A stretch of DNA of 60,103 nt, counting the filler. It is 3 parts of 3 records of this genome, joined end to end, with 100 filler letters (N's around TTAATTAATTAA, not from the genome) between each part and the next. Parts side by side here need not be neighbours in the genome. Positions count along the whole stretch, not along the records: positions 34,038 to 60,103 come from SRR22947727_1940; 2 more parts are not named here. The stretch is one strand, 5' to 3'. The notes below the pieces were generated by a model. The model was given only the letters and a program-made list of their open reading frames with translations, ran no database searches and was not told the DNA's origin. The translations under genes were made by a program, and so were the position numbers. This document shows, in pieces, positions 34,723-45,443 of the stretch (the stretch's first letter is position 1; the number at the start of each line of letters is the position of its first letter).

Positions 34723-35871
34723 ATGAGTCCAGAATCAATTTTAAAGGAATTGGTTCAAATTCCCAGTGTGAACCCTGATGGAGACCCCGGAACTGCCCTG
34801 ACGGGGGAAGGGGATTGCGCGGCATGGGTGGCTGATTTCTTGCGTGAGGCTGGCGCTGAGGTCTGGATAGACGAAGTTTTACCGGAACGTCCCAATGTGG
34901 TGGGGCGTTTTTTTTCTGAAGTCGGCGATTCCGATTCGGAAAATAAACCGAAAATTTTATTCGCTCCGCATACAGATACCGTTGGAGTCGGCGGAATGAC
35001 GATCGATCCGTTTGGTGGAGAAATTCGCGATGGAAAATTGTGGGGCCGCGGTGCCAGCGACACAAAAGGAACGATGGCGGGGATGTTGTGGGCGATCGCA
35101 CAGGTCGCGAAACGGGACGATGGTTTCGAAAAACTGGGCGCGCGAGTTGGTTTTGTCGGATTGATGGGAGAGGAAACGGCTCAGCCGGGCTCGATTCATT
35201 TTGCGGAAAAATACCGGGGTCAGTGGGATTTTGCGATTGTGGGCGAACCAACGGAGCTGGACGTGGTTTATTGCTCAAAAGGCTGCGTTTGGGTGGAAAT
35301 CAAAACGCACGGGAAATCAGCGCATGGTTCAACTCCGGAGCGCGGTGAAAATGCGATTGCAAAGATGCTGCCTGTTTTTGAAGCGTTGGACACCGAATTG
35401 CGGGCTGAGTTAGCCGCGTATTCCCATCCGATTCTGGGAGATTCGACGTTGAACCTTGGAATGATTCGCGGAGGCAACCGAACGAATATTGTACCGGCAG
35501 AATGTGTTGTTTCAGTCGATTTTCGTGAAACGCCATCACTTCACGAAGCGGGTGGTAGCGTGGCAAAGCTGCGTGATTTGGTCAAGCGTCGCGGCTGGGC
35601 GGACGATGTCGAGGTGGTGGTCACGAATGACTCGATTCCGATGGATACCGATGCCGAGCTGGATTTTGTAAAGCGATTTGAACCGCTCGATTCCAAGCTG
35701 GTTGGAGCGCCGTGGTTTTGTGACGCGGCGCGATTAGCTGACGGAGATATTCCAGCTGTTGCCGTTGGGCCGGGGAATATCGCGCAGGCCCACACCGAAG
35801 ATGAATTTCTCGCGCTCGATGATTTGCAGGCCGGGGCGGAGTTTTATCTGGCGTATTTGGATTCGTTTTAG
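34723..35871 (+). CDS. M20 family metallopeptidase (ArgE/DapE-like)
   Basis: HTDTV, GRGASDTKG, GEE, GEPT, AHGS.PE.G.NAI, AHT.DE; start uncertain. Confidence 0.9.
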   Translation: MSPESILKELVQIPSVNPDGDPGTALTGEGDCAAWVADFLREAGAEVWIDEVLPERPNVVGRFFSEVGDSDSENKPKILFAPHTDTVGVGGMTIDPFGGEIRDGKLWGRGASDTKGTMAGMLWAIAQVAKRDDGFEKLGARVGFVGLMGEETAQPGSIHFAEKYRGQWDFAIVGEPTELDVVYCSKGCVWVEIKTHGKSAHGSTPERGENAIAKMLPVFEALDTELRAELAAYSHPILGDSTLNLGMIRGGNRTNIVPAECVVSVDFRETPSLHEAGGSVAKLRDLVKRRGWADDVEVVVTNDSIPMDTDAELDFVKRFEPLDSKLVGAPWFCDAARLADGDIPAVAVGPGNIAQAHTEDEFLALDDLQAGAEFYLAYLDSF

Positions 35872-35960
35872 GGAAAAACGAATGCCCCCTGTTGGTTCGG
35901 TGAACAGCCCCTGTCCGATCGAAAAACGTCGCTATGAAAAGCGAGTTGTTCCAGTTTTCT

Positions 35961-35996
35961 AATTCCCGTTAACTGGTACGATTTTTAACGGGAATT
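35961..35996. terminator. Inverted repeat between convergent genes (possible bidirectional terminator)
   Basis: AATTCCCGTTAA-N12-TTAACGGGAATT, perfect 12-bp arms. Confidence 0.5.
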
Positions 35997-36040
35997 TCAA
36001 AGAATTGTTTGGAATTTGTGGGAATGGCTCCGCCTCCAAT

Positions 36041-36793
36041 TTATTCGGCAGCGTTTTCTGCGGCCACTTTCTCGTCGTTGTCTTCGACCACCGCATCGCG
36101 ACCGTAAAACTTAACGAGGCGTTTGATTTTCTCGCGCCCGTTCCCCTCGCGCCAGGCATTTGTATCGCGCATTGAATAAACGCAGCCACAATATTCCTGC
36201 TGATAAAATTCTTCGTTTTTCGAAATCTCAATCATGCGCTGGCTGCCACCCTGCTTTCGCCAGTTGAAGGTCCAGTATTTCATCCCGTCGTGACGAGCAG
36301 CAGCGCGATCTCCACTGCCATTGATTTGATCCATGTTTTTCCAGCGGGAAATCCCGAGAGTGCTGGAAATGAGATTGTATCCCTGAGCAGCCGCGACATC
36401 AGCCGTGACTTCAAATCGCATGTCAAAACAAGCCGTGCAGCGAACGCCGCGCTCGGGCTCCCATTCCATACCTTTGGTGCGGTCGAACCAATCGCGCACG
36501 TTGTAATCACCGTCGATGAAATCCATCCCCAATTTTTCGGCGTAGCGGATGTTTTCCTGCTTCCGGATTTCGTATTCATCGCGCGGATGAATGTTCGGGT
36601 TGTAGAAGAAAATCGTCGTCTGGATATCCGACGCCGCGAGCGCATCCATTACCTCCGCCGCGCAGGGAGCGCAGCAGGAATGCAGCAAGATTTTGTCGGC
36701 CCCGTTCGGTGTGTCGAGAACGGGGCGCTCAAAATTATCCACTGAAAAACGGGCGGGATCGTCTTTGCGTTGGAATTGTTTGGAGTCACTCAT
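36041..36793 (-). CDS. queH: Epoxyqueuosine reductase QueH
   Basis: [33 protein letters not shown]. Confidence 0.95.
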   Translation of the reverse strand: MSDSKQFQRKDDPARFSVDNFERPVLDTPNGADKILLHSCCAPCAAEVMDALAASDIQTTIFFYNPNIHPRDEYEIRKQENIRYAEKLGMDFIDGDYNVRDWFDRTKGMEWEPERGVRCTACFDMRFEVTADVAAAQGYNLISSTLGISRWKNMDQINGSGDRAAARHDGMKYWTFNWRKQGGSQRMIEISKNEEFYQQEYCGCVYSMRDTNAWREGNGREKIKRLVKFYGRDAVVEDNDEKVAAENAAE

Positions 36794-36852
36794 GATTCGC
36801 AAATGATAGCTTAAAATTCCAAGATTTTCCAATTCGCGCTACGTTTTCTAAA

Positions 36853-36870
36853 AGTGACGGATTTGTGACA
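36853..36870. promoter_or_regulatory. Pho-box-like 11-bp direct repeat between queH and pstS
   Basis: AGTGACGGATTTGTGACA (minus strand TGTCAC-AAATC-CGTCAC); second degenerate copy at 36945-36962. Confidence 0.6.
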
Positions 36871-37071
36871 CATCCTCATTTTTCTTCATCCGCTCGATGT
36901 TGGTTCATCGTGCCGGAAACATCCGACTCCCCGAACATTTCCCATGTGACAGAATTGGTACGGGAAGCCGATTGAATCCACACCGTCCTCTGGGCAATTT
37001 GCGATGCGTTAGGCAACAAAGAAATGCCAAGGCGCGTTAAAAAAATATCTGAAAACACAACCAACCAAAAG

Positions 37072-37890
37072 ATGATGAAAAAAATCGTAATGACCACCGC
37101 TCTTCTCGCAGGACTTTCTGTTTCTGCATTCGCCGAAGACAAAATCATAATTAAAGGCTCCGACACTCTCGGAGCGAAAATGGTTCCTCAGCAAGCAGAA
37201 GCTTACAAGGAAGCAGGCAACGAAGTTGGATTCGAAATCGCAGCTGAAGGGTCTTCAAGCGCATTCACAAACCTTCTCTCTGGATCGGCTGACATCGGAA
37301 TGTCCAGCCGGAACATAAAGGATTCTGAAAATGAGTCTTTCACTGCAAAAGGAAAAGAGATCGTTGAAACCACCGCTGGTTACGACATGATCGGTGTGAT
37401 CGTTAACAGCGCTAACAGCGTTGAAAGCCTCACCCTTGAGCAAGTTGAAGGAATCTTCACAGGTGACATCACTGATTGGTCAGAAGTTGGCGGTCAGGCG
37501 GGTCCGATCTCTGCCTACACACGCAACACTTCTTCAGGCACATACAAGTCATTCCAGGAAATGGCTATGGGCAAGCGGGACTACGGTTCTGACACACAGA
37601 AGATGGCTGGTAACGAGCAGATCGCTGCTGAAGTTGCTAAGAACGCAAACGGAATCGGCTACGTCGGTTTGGCTTACGTTAAAAAAGACGGCATCACCCC
37701 GGTCAAAGTTGACGACATTGAGCTCAAGCCAGAAAACGCAAAAGATTATCCAATCGCACGTTCACTTTTCTTCTACACGATCAAAGGTGAGCTTTCAGAA
37801 GCTGCGCAGAAGTTCCTCACATGGGCAACGACTGACGAAAAAGCTGCTGCTGTTGTAGAGCGCGTCGGATTTATCCCACTCAAAAAGTAA
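37072..37890 (+). CDS. pstS: Phosphate ABC transporter substrate-binding protein
   Basis: Signal peptide, IKGSDT, GSS, DIGMSSR, RNTSSGT, YPIAR.L. Confidence 0.94.
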   Translation: MMKKIVMTTALLAGLSVSAFAEDKIIIKGSDTLGAKMVPQQAEAYKEAGNEVGFEIAAEGSSSAFTNLLSGSADIGMSSRNIKDSENESFTAKGKEIVETTAGYDMIGVIVNSANSVESLTLEQVEGIFTGDITDWSEVGGQAGPISAYTRNTSSGTYKSFQEMAMGKRDYGSDTQKMAGNEQIAAEVAKNANGIGYVGLAYVKKDGITPVKVDDIELKPENAKDYPIARSLFFYTIKGELSEAAQKFLTWATTDEKAAAVVERVGFIPLKK

Positions 37891-37923
37891 TTCGACCTCG
37901 AACACATCAAGATCAACATTTGG

Positions 37924-37953
37924 AAACCCGGTGGCAATCAGCCTCCGGGTTTT
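37924..37953 (+). terminator. Stem-loop between pstS and pstC
   Basis: AAACCCGG-TGGC...GCCT-CCGGGTTTT hairpin with short U-tract. Confidence 0.6.
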
Positions 37954-37998
37954 ACCGCGTAAAATTCTATCGGATCAGAAAAAGACCGTGAGCAATCT

Positions 37999-40029
37999 AT
38001 GAGCGATCAACCGCAAGCAGACGAACCGATCAAGTTTCGGCGGAAGGGCTTCAAATTTCTGGGACTCGGCCTCCAGGAATACATTAAATATTTCTTTGGT
38101 GGGAATGCCAGTCTTGCGATCATCGTTCTTGTTCTGATTTGCACGTTTTTACTCAAGGAGGGAATTGCATTTTTCCCTGACTACAACAAGGAGCTCCGCG
38201 AATATCGCCAAACGGGTCAAGAATTCGTCGACTACGCCGACCGGCAAATCGACGCCCACACTCGCATTAATAGCGATGCCAACATCGCATACTACGCCGA
38301 GCTCAATCAGTCCTCGAAATTTGAAGACGACATTCTTTCCGCCTATCGATCCGTGGGAAGTTTTGTGAGAAGTGCGACTTCTTCTGAAACGGATCAGCTC
38401 AAGCGGTACACAGAAAGGATCGAGGATTTAGAAGACAATCTTGCGAAGCTGGCAGAAGCCCCCGCGACTGACGAGATTGATGGGAGAGCTCAAATACAAC
38501 AACTGGCTGTTGAATTGGACGATTACCAACAGCGATCGGAAAAGCTGAAGGGCGAAATTCTGACTCATTTTAGGCTTCACCTCGCCAACGAATCCATTTG
38601 GGAAAACGTCCGGCCTGGAATTCATTTATCGAAAGAGAGCAAAGAACTTGTTCTCACCGCCGTGCTTCACAAGCAACCTGGCGTGAAGGAAGAGTATCCT
38701 GAAATCAAGCAGTTGATGGCTGATAGCTCCGCCAAGAAAAAAGTCGCAACGGAATCATTGGCTGAATTCAAATCAACCATCACTGCCCTCTCAAAAGCGG
38801 TTCGCCCAATGAAATCGTTCGTTCGGGATTTGAAAGATATCGCCAGCGAAAATGCCCGTGAGGCGAAAAAATTCTCGACTGCAGAACTCCGCTATGATGC
38901 TCTTCTTAAGGGGTCAGAAAAAGCGGCGACGGAATCTGACAAACAAAGGTTCATCGAACAAGCCGGGGCCGTTGATCGAACTAAACCAAATTTCGAAGAA
39001 ATAACAAAGCCCCTCATAGCAAAAACCGATGAGCACAATAAACTCTCCGTCGAGTTACAGAAGGAAATCGCTCGACTGGTCCCGCTACTTCCAAAAAATC
39101 CAGCCACCGAATCTGCACGGGAAAACCTGCAAAAGGTTCAGGGCAATGCTGCCAATTTTCCAAACATCGCAGAGGAAAGCCGCGAAGAAATGATGGATTG
39201 GAACTTCGATAAGAAGAACTCCGTTTTCCACGCTCTCGGCGCTTTCTTTTTTGGCAAACACTGGATTTCGAACAGCTCATGGCGCGACTTTTATGGAATC
39301 CTCCCCTTGTTCACCGGATCGCTGCTCATCGCCGTTATTGCGCTTGCCGTAGCGGTTCCGTTTTCTCTCGCAGCTGCGATCTACGTGAATCAACTCGCTT
39401 CGCGAAGAGAGCAGAACTTTATCAAACCAGCGATTGAATTCATCGGCGCCATCCCTTCCGTCGTGCTTGGATTTTTTGGAATTCTCGTTCTCGGAACCGC
39501 GCTTCGAAACATCAGCCAAATCGAAGCGCTATCATGGATTCCCGGCTTTCCGATGGCTGAGCGCCTCACCATTTTGAATGCAGGACTCCTCCTCGCATTC
39601 ATGGCCGTACCGACAATTTTCACACTGGCGGAGGACGCGCTCAACAACGTTCCCCAGGCACTTTCCGAAAACTCATTCGCGATGGGAGCTTCAAAATTAC
39701 AGACCATTCTTCGAGTCGTATTTCCGGCATCGATCTCTGGAATTATTGCCGCCGTGCTACTGGGCTTTGGCCGAATCGTCGGTGAAACGATGGTAGTCCT
39801 CCTTGTCGCAGGAAACAAAATCAAAATCCCCGATTTTACCGAAGGAATCGGTGTTGTCACCCAACCGGCTCACACCATGACGGGGATCATTGCTCAGGAA
39901 CTTGGCGAGGTGGACAAAGGCTCCCTTCACTGGGGCGCACTTTTCATGGTCGGTCTCGTACTCTTTTTTATGTCGCTAGTGATTAATTTTTCAGCACAGC
40001 GAATCCTCAAAAAACTTCAGAAATTCTGA
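37999..40029 (+). CDS. pstC: Phosphate ABC permease PstC with a large soluble insertion
   Basis: C-terminal GILPL..GSL, IPSVV.GFFG, GR..GETM.V; about 350-aa hydrophilic insert after TM1. Confidence 0.93.
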   Translation: MSDQPQADEPIKFRRKGFKFLGLGLQEYIKYFFGGNASLAIIVLVLICTFLLKEGIAFFPDYNKELREYRQTGQEFVDYADRQIDAHTRINSDANIAYYAELNQSSKFEDDILSAYRSVGSFVRSATSSETDQLKRYTERIEDLEDNLAKLAEAPATDEIDGRAQIQQLAVELDDYQQRSEKLKGEILTHFRLHLANESIWENVRPGIHLSKESKELVLTAVLHKQPGVKEEYPEIKQLMADSSAKKKVATESLAEFKSTITALSKAVRPMKSFVRDLKDIASENAREAKKFSTAELRYDALLKGSEKAATESDKQRFIEQAGAVDRTKPNFEEITKPLIAKTDEHNKLSVELQKEIARLVPLLPKNPATESARENLQKVQGNAANFPNIAEESREEMMDWNFDKKNSVFHALGAFFFGKHWISNSSWRDFYGILPLFTGSLLIAVIALAVAVPFSLAAAIYVNQLASRREQNFIKPAIEFIGAIPSVVLGFFGILVLGTALRNISQIEALSWIPGFPMAERLTILNAGLLLAFMAVPTIFTLAEDALNNVPQALSENSFAMGASKLQTILRVVFPASISGIIAAVLLGFGRIVGETMVVLLVAGNKIKIPDFTEGIGVVTQPAHTMTGIIAQELGEVDKGSLHWGALFMVGLVLFFMSLVINFSAQRILKKLQKF

Positions 40030-40084
40030 AGCAGTCTTTTTCCTATTTGCCCAACTATTTACACCTTCACCCTGAACTCGAATC

Positions 40085-41317
40085 ATGGAAGACACCCCTC
40101 CCCTTGATCCTTCGATAGAAGACGAGGACAACCAAACTCCGGTCGATGATCCGGTTGTTAATCCCTTCGCGACCACTTCGAGATGGGCCAAGGTAAAGGA
40201 AGCAATTGCCTCAAATTTTCTTCGCGCCGGAGCTTATGTGATCTTGATTTGTGCATTCTACATTTTTGGTGACATCATCGTAAGAGGCGCACCCGTTGTG
40301 TTTCAAAAAGAAGCCCCCTTCATCAACACCGAGTTCTTTACCCTCGATCCGGAAACCCTCGTTGTTTTCGAAACCGCTGACGGCAACGAATACGAAAAAC
40401 GCTACTCTGAATACGCCCAATTCAAACGCGACAACCCGACCGTTGAAATCGTTTCAGAGCACACGCACTCATATTCTGCTGGTGGCATCCGGGGTCCCCT
40501 TGTCGGCACCTTTCTCTTAACTGGAATTTGTATCGTGATTGCGATTTTTGTCGGACTCACCACCGCCATTTACCTCAGCGAATATACCAGCAGAGGGCGG
40601 TTTATGGATGCCATCCGGCTGGCCATTATGAACCTCGCCGGGGTTCCCTCGATCGTCTACGGACTCTTCGGCCTGGGGCTCTTCTGCCTGGTGGCACCCG
40701 TTATCACGTCGGAACCAAATTTGGACAATACGATTCAAATTTGGTTCACTGACATTGAAATTGCACCAGTCATTCCATTGCCTTTCACTGACAATTCGCT
40801 TTCATTTCAAGGGTGGGGACAATGCATGCTCGCGGGAGGATTCACTCTCGCCGTCATGGTCTTGCCCGTGATCATTACCGCCTGTGAGGAATCCCTCAAA
40901 GCTGTTCCCATGGGCTTTCGCGAAGCCTCTTTTGCCCTCGGAGCAACCAAATGGCAGACCATTCAAAAATCGGTCCTTCCTTACGCCTTCCCGGGAATGC
41001 TTACCGCGACTATTCTTGGTATCACCCGAGTCGCCGGCGAGACCGCGCCCATCATGTTCACCGCCGCCGTAGCTCACAAAGACGAGTTGCCGTGGGCTAT
41101 TCTTGAAACTCCCGGCAATGGTGTTGGTGACGTCTTATCTCAATCAGTCCAGGCAATGCCCTATCACATTTACACCGTTGCGGCTCGCATTCCCCAATCA
41201 GAATACACCGAGCCCATGCAATATGGCTCCGTATTTGTCTTCATGGTTTTCGTGATGCTCTTCGCCGCACTCTCAGTCTGGATGCGAATCCGGTACCGGA
41301 AAAAAGTGAAATGGTAA
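40085..41317 (+). CDS. pstA: Phosphate ABC permease PstA
   Basis: LAGVPSIVYGLFG, REAS.ALGATKWQT, R.AGETAP. Confidence 0.94.
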   Translation: MEDTPPLDPSIEDEDNQTPVDDPVVNPFATTSRWAKVKEAIASNFLRAGAYVILICAFYIFGDIIVRGAPVVFQKEAPFINTEFFTLDPETLVVFETADGNEYEKRYSEYAQFKRDNPTVEIVSEHTHSYSAGGIRGPLVGTFLLTGICIVIAIFVGLTTAIYLSEYTSRGRFMDAIRLAIMNLAGVPSIVYGLFGLGLFCLVAPVITSEPNLDNTIQIWFTDIEIAPVIPLPFTDNSLSFQGWGQCMLAGGFTLAVMVLPVIITACEESLKAVPMGFREASFALGATKWQTIQKSVLPYAFPGMLTATILGITRVAGETAPIMFTAAVAHKDELPWAILETPGNGVGDVLSQSVQAMPYHIYTVAARIPQSEYTEPMQYGSVFVFMVFVMLFAALSVWMRIRYRKKVKW

Positions 41318-41367
41318 GAAACACAAAAAACCACTCGATTTACCGATCGATACCCAACAATTTATAA

Positions 41368-42213
41368 ATGAACGACACTATGTCAGCTACGGAACATCAG
41401 GACTATTCTACCGCACCTCAGGCTACCACATCGAATCCGCCGGAAATCGAACACGAAGTGGTGATCGAAATCGATGACGTCAATTTTTCATACGACAAAA
41501 AGAAAGACGTCCTTCAAGACATCACCTTGGACCTGCGCAAAAACGAAGTGACCGCATTCATCGGGCCCTCTGGTTGTGGTAAGTCCACCCTCCTTCGGTG
41601 TATGAACCGGATGAATGATCTCATCCCGAACGCCGGCCTAACCAAGGGTGAAATCCGTATTCTCGGGACCGACATCCATGCACCCGAAGTCGACGTTATC
41701 GAACTCCGCAAGCACGTCGGAATGGTGTTCCAAAAATACAATCCCTTCCCAAAAAGCATTTACGAAAACGTTGCCTATGGCCTGCGAATTCAGGGCATCA
41801 AAAACAAGGCCATATTGGACGAAGCCGTTGAAACCAGCCTCATCTCCGCCGGTCTCTGGGAAGAAGTTAAAGACCGACTCGACGCCAGCGGCCTTGGACT
41901 TTCCGGCGGCCAACAACAGCGGCTTTGTATCGCACGCACGATTGCCGTTCAGCCCAAAATCATTCTCATGGATGAACCGTGCTCCGCACTGGATCCCCTA
42001 TCGACAGCCACGATCGAAGATCTCATCACCAAGTTGAAACACGACTTCACCATCGCCATCGTTACCCACAACATGCAACAGGCGACCCGGGTTTCCGACA
42101 AAACAGCCTTCTTTTATCTCGGTGAACTCATCGAATTCTCCGACACTACCAAGCTATTTACCAATCCCTCTGTCAAAGCCACCGAAGACTACATTAGCGG
42201 ACGATTCGGCTAA
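41368..42213 (+). CDS. pstB: Phosphate ABC ATPase PstB
   Basis: [41 protein letters not shown]. Confidence 0.97.
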   Translation: MNDTMSATEHQDYSTAPQATTSNPPEIEHEVVIEIDDVNFSYDKKKDVLQDITLDLRKNEVTAFIGPSGCGKSTLLRCMNRMNDLIPNAGLTKGEIRILGTDIHAPEVDVIELRKHVGMVFQKYNPFPKSIYENVAYGLRIQGIKNKAILDEAVETSLISAGLWEEVKDRLDASGLGLSGGQQQRLCIARTIAVQPKIILMDEPCSALDPLSTATIEDLITKLKHDFTIAIVTHNMQQATRVSDKTAFFYLGELIEFSDTTKLFTNPSVKATEDYISGRFG

Positions 42214-42249
42214 GTCAGATTCGTCTTTCGATTTTCAAACAACATTTAA

Positions 42250-42951
42250 ATGAGTGAAATCCCACACACCTTGAGCGATTACGAAGAAGCCCTCAAAAAT
42301 ACAAAGAGTTCCGTTCTCACTATGGGCAGCATTGCATCCGAGAACCTGGCCAACGCCATCAAGGGACTTCTTGAACGCAACGAAGATCTTTGTAACGACG
42401 CCATAGCCGAAGACGAAGAGGTCAACGCATACGAGCGGAGCATCGACAAAGAAGGCATGGAGATTCTCATGCGATTCAACCCCGTTGCCACCGACCTCCG
42501 CGCCGTTGTCGGCGCAATGAAAATTTCGACTAACCTTGAGCGAATCGCTGATCAGGCAGAGAATATCGCACGGCGAGCTCGAAAAATTCTCAAGAAGAAT
42601 GAAATTGATGAAGTCCGCCTCATCGAGCCCGTTTTTAAAATGGCCGCGGAACTCGTAGAAGATTCCTTGCGCTCCTTTTCAGAGGGTGATGTTGAGCTGG
42701 CACTAGGCCTCTACGATCGCGACTCGAAGTTGGACAAACTCCACCGCCAAGTCATGAAGACCTTCACCAAAGCAATGGAAAGCGATTCCGAAAATCTTCG
42801 AATTTATCTCAATTTGATTTTCATCGTTCGCTGCCTTGAGCGCGTCGGCGATCACGCCGTGAACATCGGTGAAGACGTCGTTTATCTTTACGAAGCAGCA
42901 GACATTCGGCACATTGGCCCATCTGCACTCGAAGCAGACGAGGAAGAATAA
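42250..42951 (+). CDS. phoU: Phosphate signalling protein PhoU
   Basis: P.A.DLR, LERIAD.A.NIA, LERVGDHA.NI.E. Confidence 0.95.
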   Translation: MSEIPHTLSDYEEALKNTKSSVLTMGSIASENLANAIKGLLERNEDLCNDAIAEDEEVNAYERSIDKEGMEILMRFNPVATDLRAVVGAMKISTNLERIADQAENIARRARKILKKNEIDEVRLIEPVFKMAAELVEDSLRSFSEGDVELALGLYDRDSKLDKLHRQVMKTFTKAMESDSENLRIYLNLIFIVRCLERVGDHAVNIGEDVVYLYEAADIRHIGPSALEADEEE

Positions 42952-42960
42952 TTCTACAAG

Positions 42961-43016
42961 GAATCACGATCCAATAGGGTGCGTTCGATGAACCTACACT
43001 GTTGGATCGTTTTTTT
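42961..43016 (+). repeat. Long hairpin (terminator/REP-like) downstream of phoU; member of a dispersed family
   Basis: ACGATCCAATAG...CTGTTGGATCGT followed by a T-tract; related copy at 60062-60103. Confidence 0.65.
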
Positions 43017-43018
43017 AT

Positions 43019-44302
43019 TTAGACGGGGCTCAATACCGATAGCGGAGGAGGAGGAACCGAAAGGTGAAAACACGTTTTCCGCCCAGGCTGACTTGTCACT
43101 GAAATGGAACCGTGATGAGCTTCAATGGCACGCTTTACGATTGAAAGCCCCAGCCCCGTCCCCTTCAATTCGCCGCTTGCATGTTGCTTATCCACTTTAT
43201 AAAAGCGCTTGAATACCCCTTCCAAATCCGCCGCAGGGATTCCCACTCCATTATCGATCACATCGATTTCGAAACGGTCATTAACTTCCAGGCGTTTCAC
43301 CCGGACGGTGATTTTCAGCCCCAGCCGCGCATTTTGTTTAAGTGCATTTTCGACCAGATTAAAAAATACCTGATCCCAATAATAGGGATCGCCATAAAAC
43401 CCTCTGAGCCCTTCTTTAGGGTATTTAACCGAAATGACGGTATCGTGGCGATCGATCAACAATTGAAGCCGCTCGATGGTTCCGTTGATGCATTCACTGA
43501 TATCAAAAAGCTCCATTCGAAGCAGGCTTTCGTCAGCCTGGTTGCTTTCCAATTTCGAAATCGTCAACATGTCCTCAACGATTCGGGTGAGCCGATCCGT
43601 GTGCTTCTTCATCACCGAAATCGTCGAATCATCACCATCTTCATCTAAAATTTCCAGATATCCGTTGAGAATCGACAACGGAGTCCGCAACTCATGCGAC
43701 GCATTGGCAACGAAGTCCTTTCGAATCTGTTCCGTCTGCAAACGCTCCGTGATATCTCGAATAATCAACCACGCGCCGCTTCCGATTTTATAATCTGGAT
43801 CAATCGGGCCTGCTTCGATCAGCAGCGTTTCCGACGAATTCACCAACTTGATTTGATCCTGCATCTTGCCATTGGCTGAAACTGCCAGTCGCACAGTTTC
43901 ATCGATGTGATGATCCCGACAAATTTCGATCAACGGCCGCCCAATTTGCCCTTGGGCAGCAGGAAACAATCGCAACGCAGCCTTGTTGACGAAACGAACT
44001 TCGTAATGTTCATCAACGACGAAAAGCGCGTCTTCGATCTGATTCAAAAGATAATCGAGAATCTTCCTCCTGCCCATTTCTGACATCCTCATCATCTCTC
44101 CCTCCGTCGCTGTATTCAGCACTGCAGCGCTCAATCGCGACAATCGGTCCTGTTGAGTTGTCTCCGGAAGAGACTCTCGCTCAAAAATAGACTCATCTTT
44201 CAACGCAGCCGTTAAATCTTCAATCCCACGGCATAACACGACCAAACGGTAAGCCAACCAAAGCCCCGCACTTCCAATAACGATGATGATGAAAGTCTGC
44301 AC
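43019..44302 (-). CDS. phoR: Phosphate regulon sensor kinase PhoR
   Basis: N-terminal TM, PAS, DFVANASHELRTPL, NLVENA.K, DNG.GI, GTGLGLSIVK. Confidence 0.9.
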   Translation of the reverse strand: MQTFIIIVIGSAGLWLAYRLVVLCRGIEDLTAALKDESIFERESLPETTQQDRLSRLSAAVLNTATEGEMMRMSEMGRRKILDYLLNQIEDALFVVDEHYEVRFVNKAALRLFPAAQGQIGRPLIEICRDHHIDETVRLAVSANGKMQDQIKLVNSSETLLIEAGPIDPDYKIGSGAWLIIRDITERLQTEQIRKDFVANASHELRTPLSILNGYLEILDEDGDDSTISVMKKHTDRLTRIVEDMLTISKLESNQADESLLRMELFDISECINGTIERLQLLIDRHDTVISVKYPKEGLRGFYGDPYYWDQVFFNLVENALKQNARLGLKITVRVKRLEVNDRFEIDVIDNGVGIPAADLEGVFKRFYKVDKQHASGELKGTGLGLSIVKRAIEAHHGSISVTSQPGRKTCFHLSVPPPPLSVLSPV

Positions 44303-44305
44303 GTT

Positions 44306-44992
44306 TCAAATTTCCGCTGAATCATTAAACCGGTACCCGACTGAACGGATCGTTTCAATGATCACTCCAAACTCTCCCAGCTTGGTCCGCAACCTTTTAA
44401 TATGGGTATCCAGCGTCCGGGTCTGCATCGAATCGCTGTAACCCCACACTTTTTGGAGCAAATCCGCCCGCTCACAAATTTGACCCGGCACCTCCGTCAG
44501 CGCCAGCAGGAGCTTAAATTCAGTCGAGGTCAGATATACATCCTCACTCGCCAGAAACAACTTCAGTGAATTTTTATCGAGCCGGAACTCACCGATTTCG
44601 ACAACCGAACCCGAATCCAACTCATTGGTGCGTCGAAGCACATTTCGAACTCGCAGTACCAATTCCTTCGGACTGAACGGCTTCGTTAAATAATCATCCG
44701 CCCCGAGTTCCAGCCCCGCGATTCGTTCATCCAGCCCGCTTCTTGCCGTCAGCATAATGATCGGCAGCCGAGTCGTCCGCGCATCCTTCCGCAGCGCCTT
44801 GCAAACCGCGATTCCATCTTTCCCCGGCATCATCAGATCGAGAATCACCAAATCGGGTTGTTTCTTCTTCGCCAGCTTTTCACCTTCCAACCCATCACTC
44901 GCTTCGATCGTGTCGAAGCCTTCGCGCTGAAGTTTGAGGGCAAGCAGATTACGAATATCCGTCTCGTCATCTACAATGAGAATCGTTGGCAT
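44306..44992 (-). CDS. phoB: Phosphate regulon response regulator PhoB
   Basis: OmpR family: ILIVDDE, LDLMMP, GADDY.TKPF, RT.D.HI.RLR; paired with phoR next to pst. Confidence 0.9.
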   Translation of the reverse strand: MPTILIVDDETDIRNLLALKLQREGFDTIEASDGLEGEKLAKKKQPDLVILDLMMPGKDGIAVCKALRKDARTTRLPIIMLTARSGLDERIAGLELGADDYLTKPFSPKELVLRVRNVLRRTNELDSGSVVEIGEFRLDKNSLKLFLASEDVYLTSTEFKLLLALTEVPGQICERADLLQKVWGYSDSMQTRTLDTHIKRLRTKLGEFGVIIETIRSVGYRFNDSAEI

Positions 44993-45062
44993 GATAGAAA
45001 AGTTTGGGGATCAAATTTAAACCCGACTATCTAGCCGTTCAAACAGATCGAAACCGGAGGTT

Positions 45063-45080
45063 TCTGACAAATTCGTCACA
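45063..45080 (-). promoter_or_regulatory. Pho-box-like site upstream of phoB
   Basis: Minus strand TGTGACGAATTTGTCAGA, similar to the sites upstream of pstS. Confidence 0.5.
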
Positions 45081-45141
45081 AAAGAAGAGGAATCTGCGGA
45101 TGAATTCCACCGTTTGCCAATTCGTGCTACGATTTCGAAGA

Positions 45142-45438
45142 ATGGAACTTGGTGATCTGCGAAAACTCCGAATCCTGCATGAAATTCACGCGTGGGTCAT
45201 GACGGGCTGCACCGCCTTGATTTCGACTCAGATTTTACTTTCAGGGTTTATTCGATCGCCAATTTTTGGGAATCGACTCCGAGCTCTGATGCCAGACTTG
45301 GCTGTTGTTTGGATACTGTGTTTGGTGGTGTGCGTGATCCTTTATCTCGCACGCAAACGGCCCAAGCGAGATCTAGCTACAGTTCTATTGTCTATCAATG
45401 TAGTGGTGTCACTTTGTGTATTGATGCGTCCGCTTTAA
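45142..45438 (+). CDS. Hypothetical small membrane protein
   Basis: Three hydrophobic segments; fills the gap between phoB and the sulfatase; start uncertain. Confidence 0.45.
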   Translation: MELGDLRKLRILHEIHAWVMTGCTALISTQILLSGFIRSPIFGNRLRALMPDLAVVWILCLVVCVILYLARKRPKRDLATVLLSINVVVSLCVLMRPL

Positions 45439-45443
45439 GGCGA

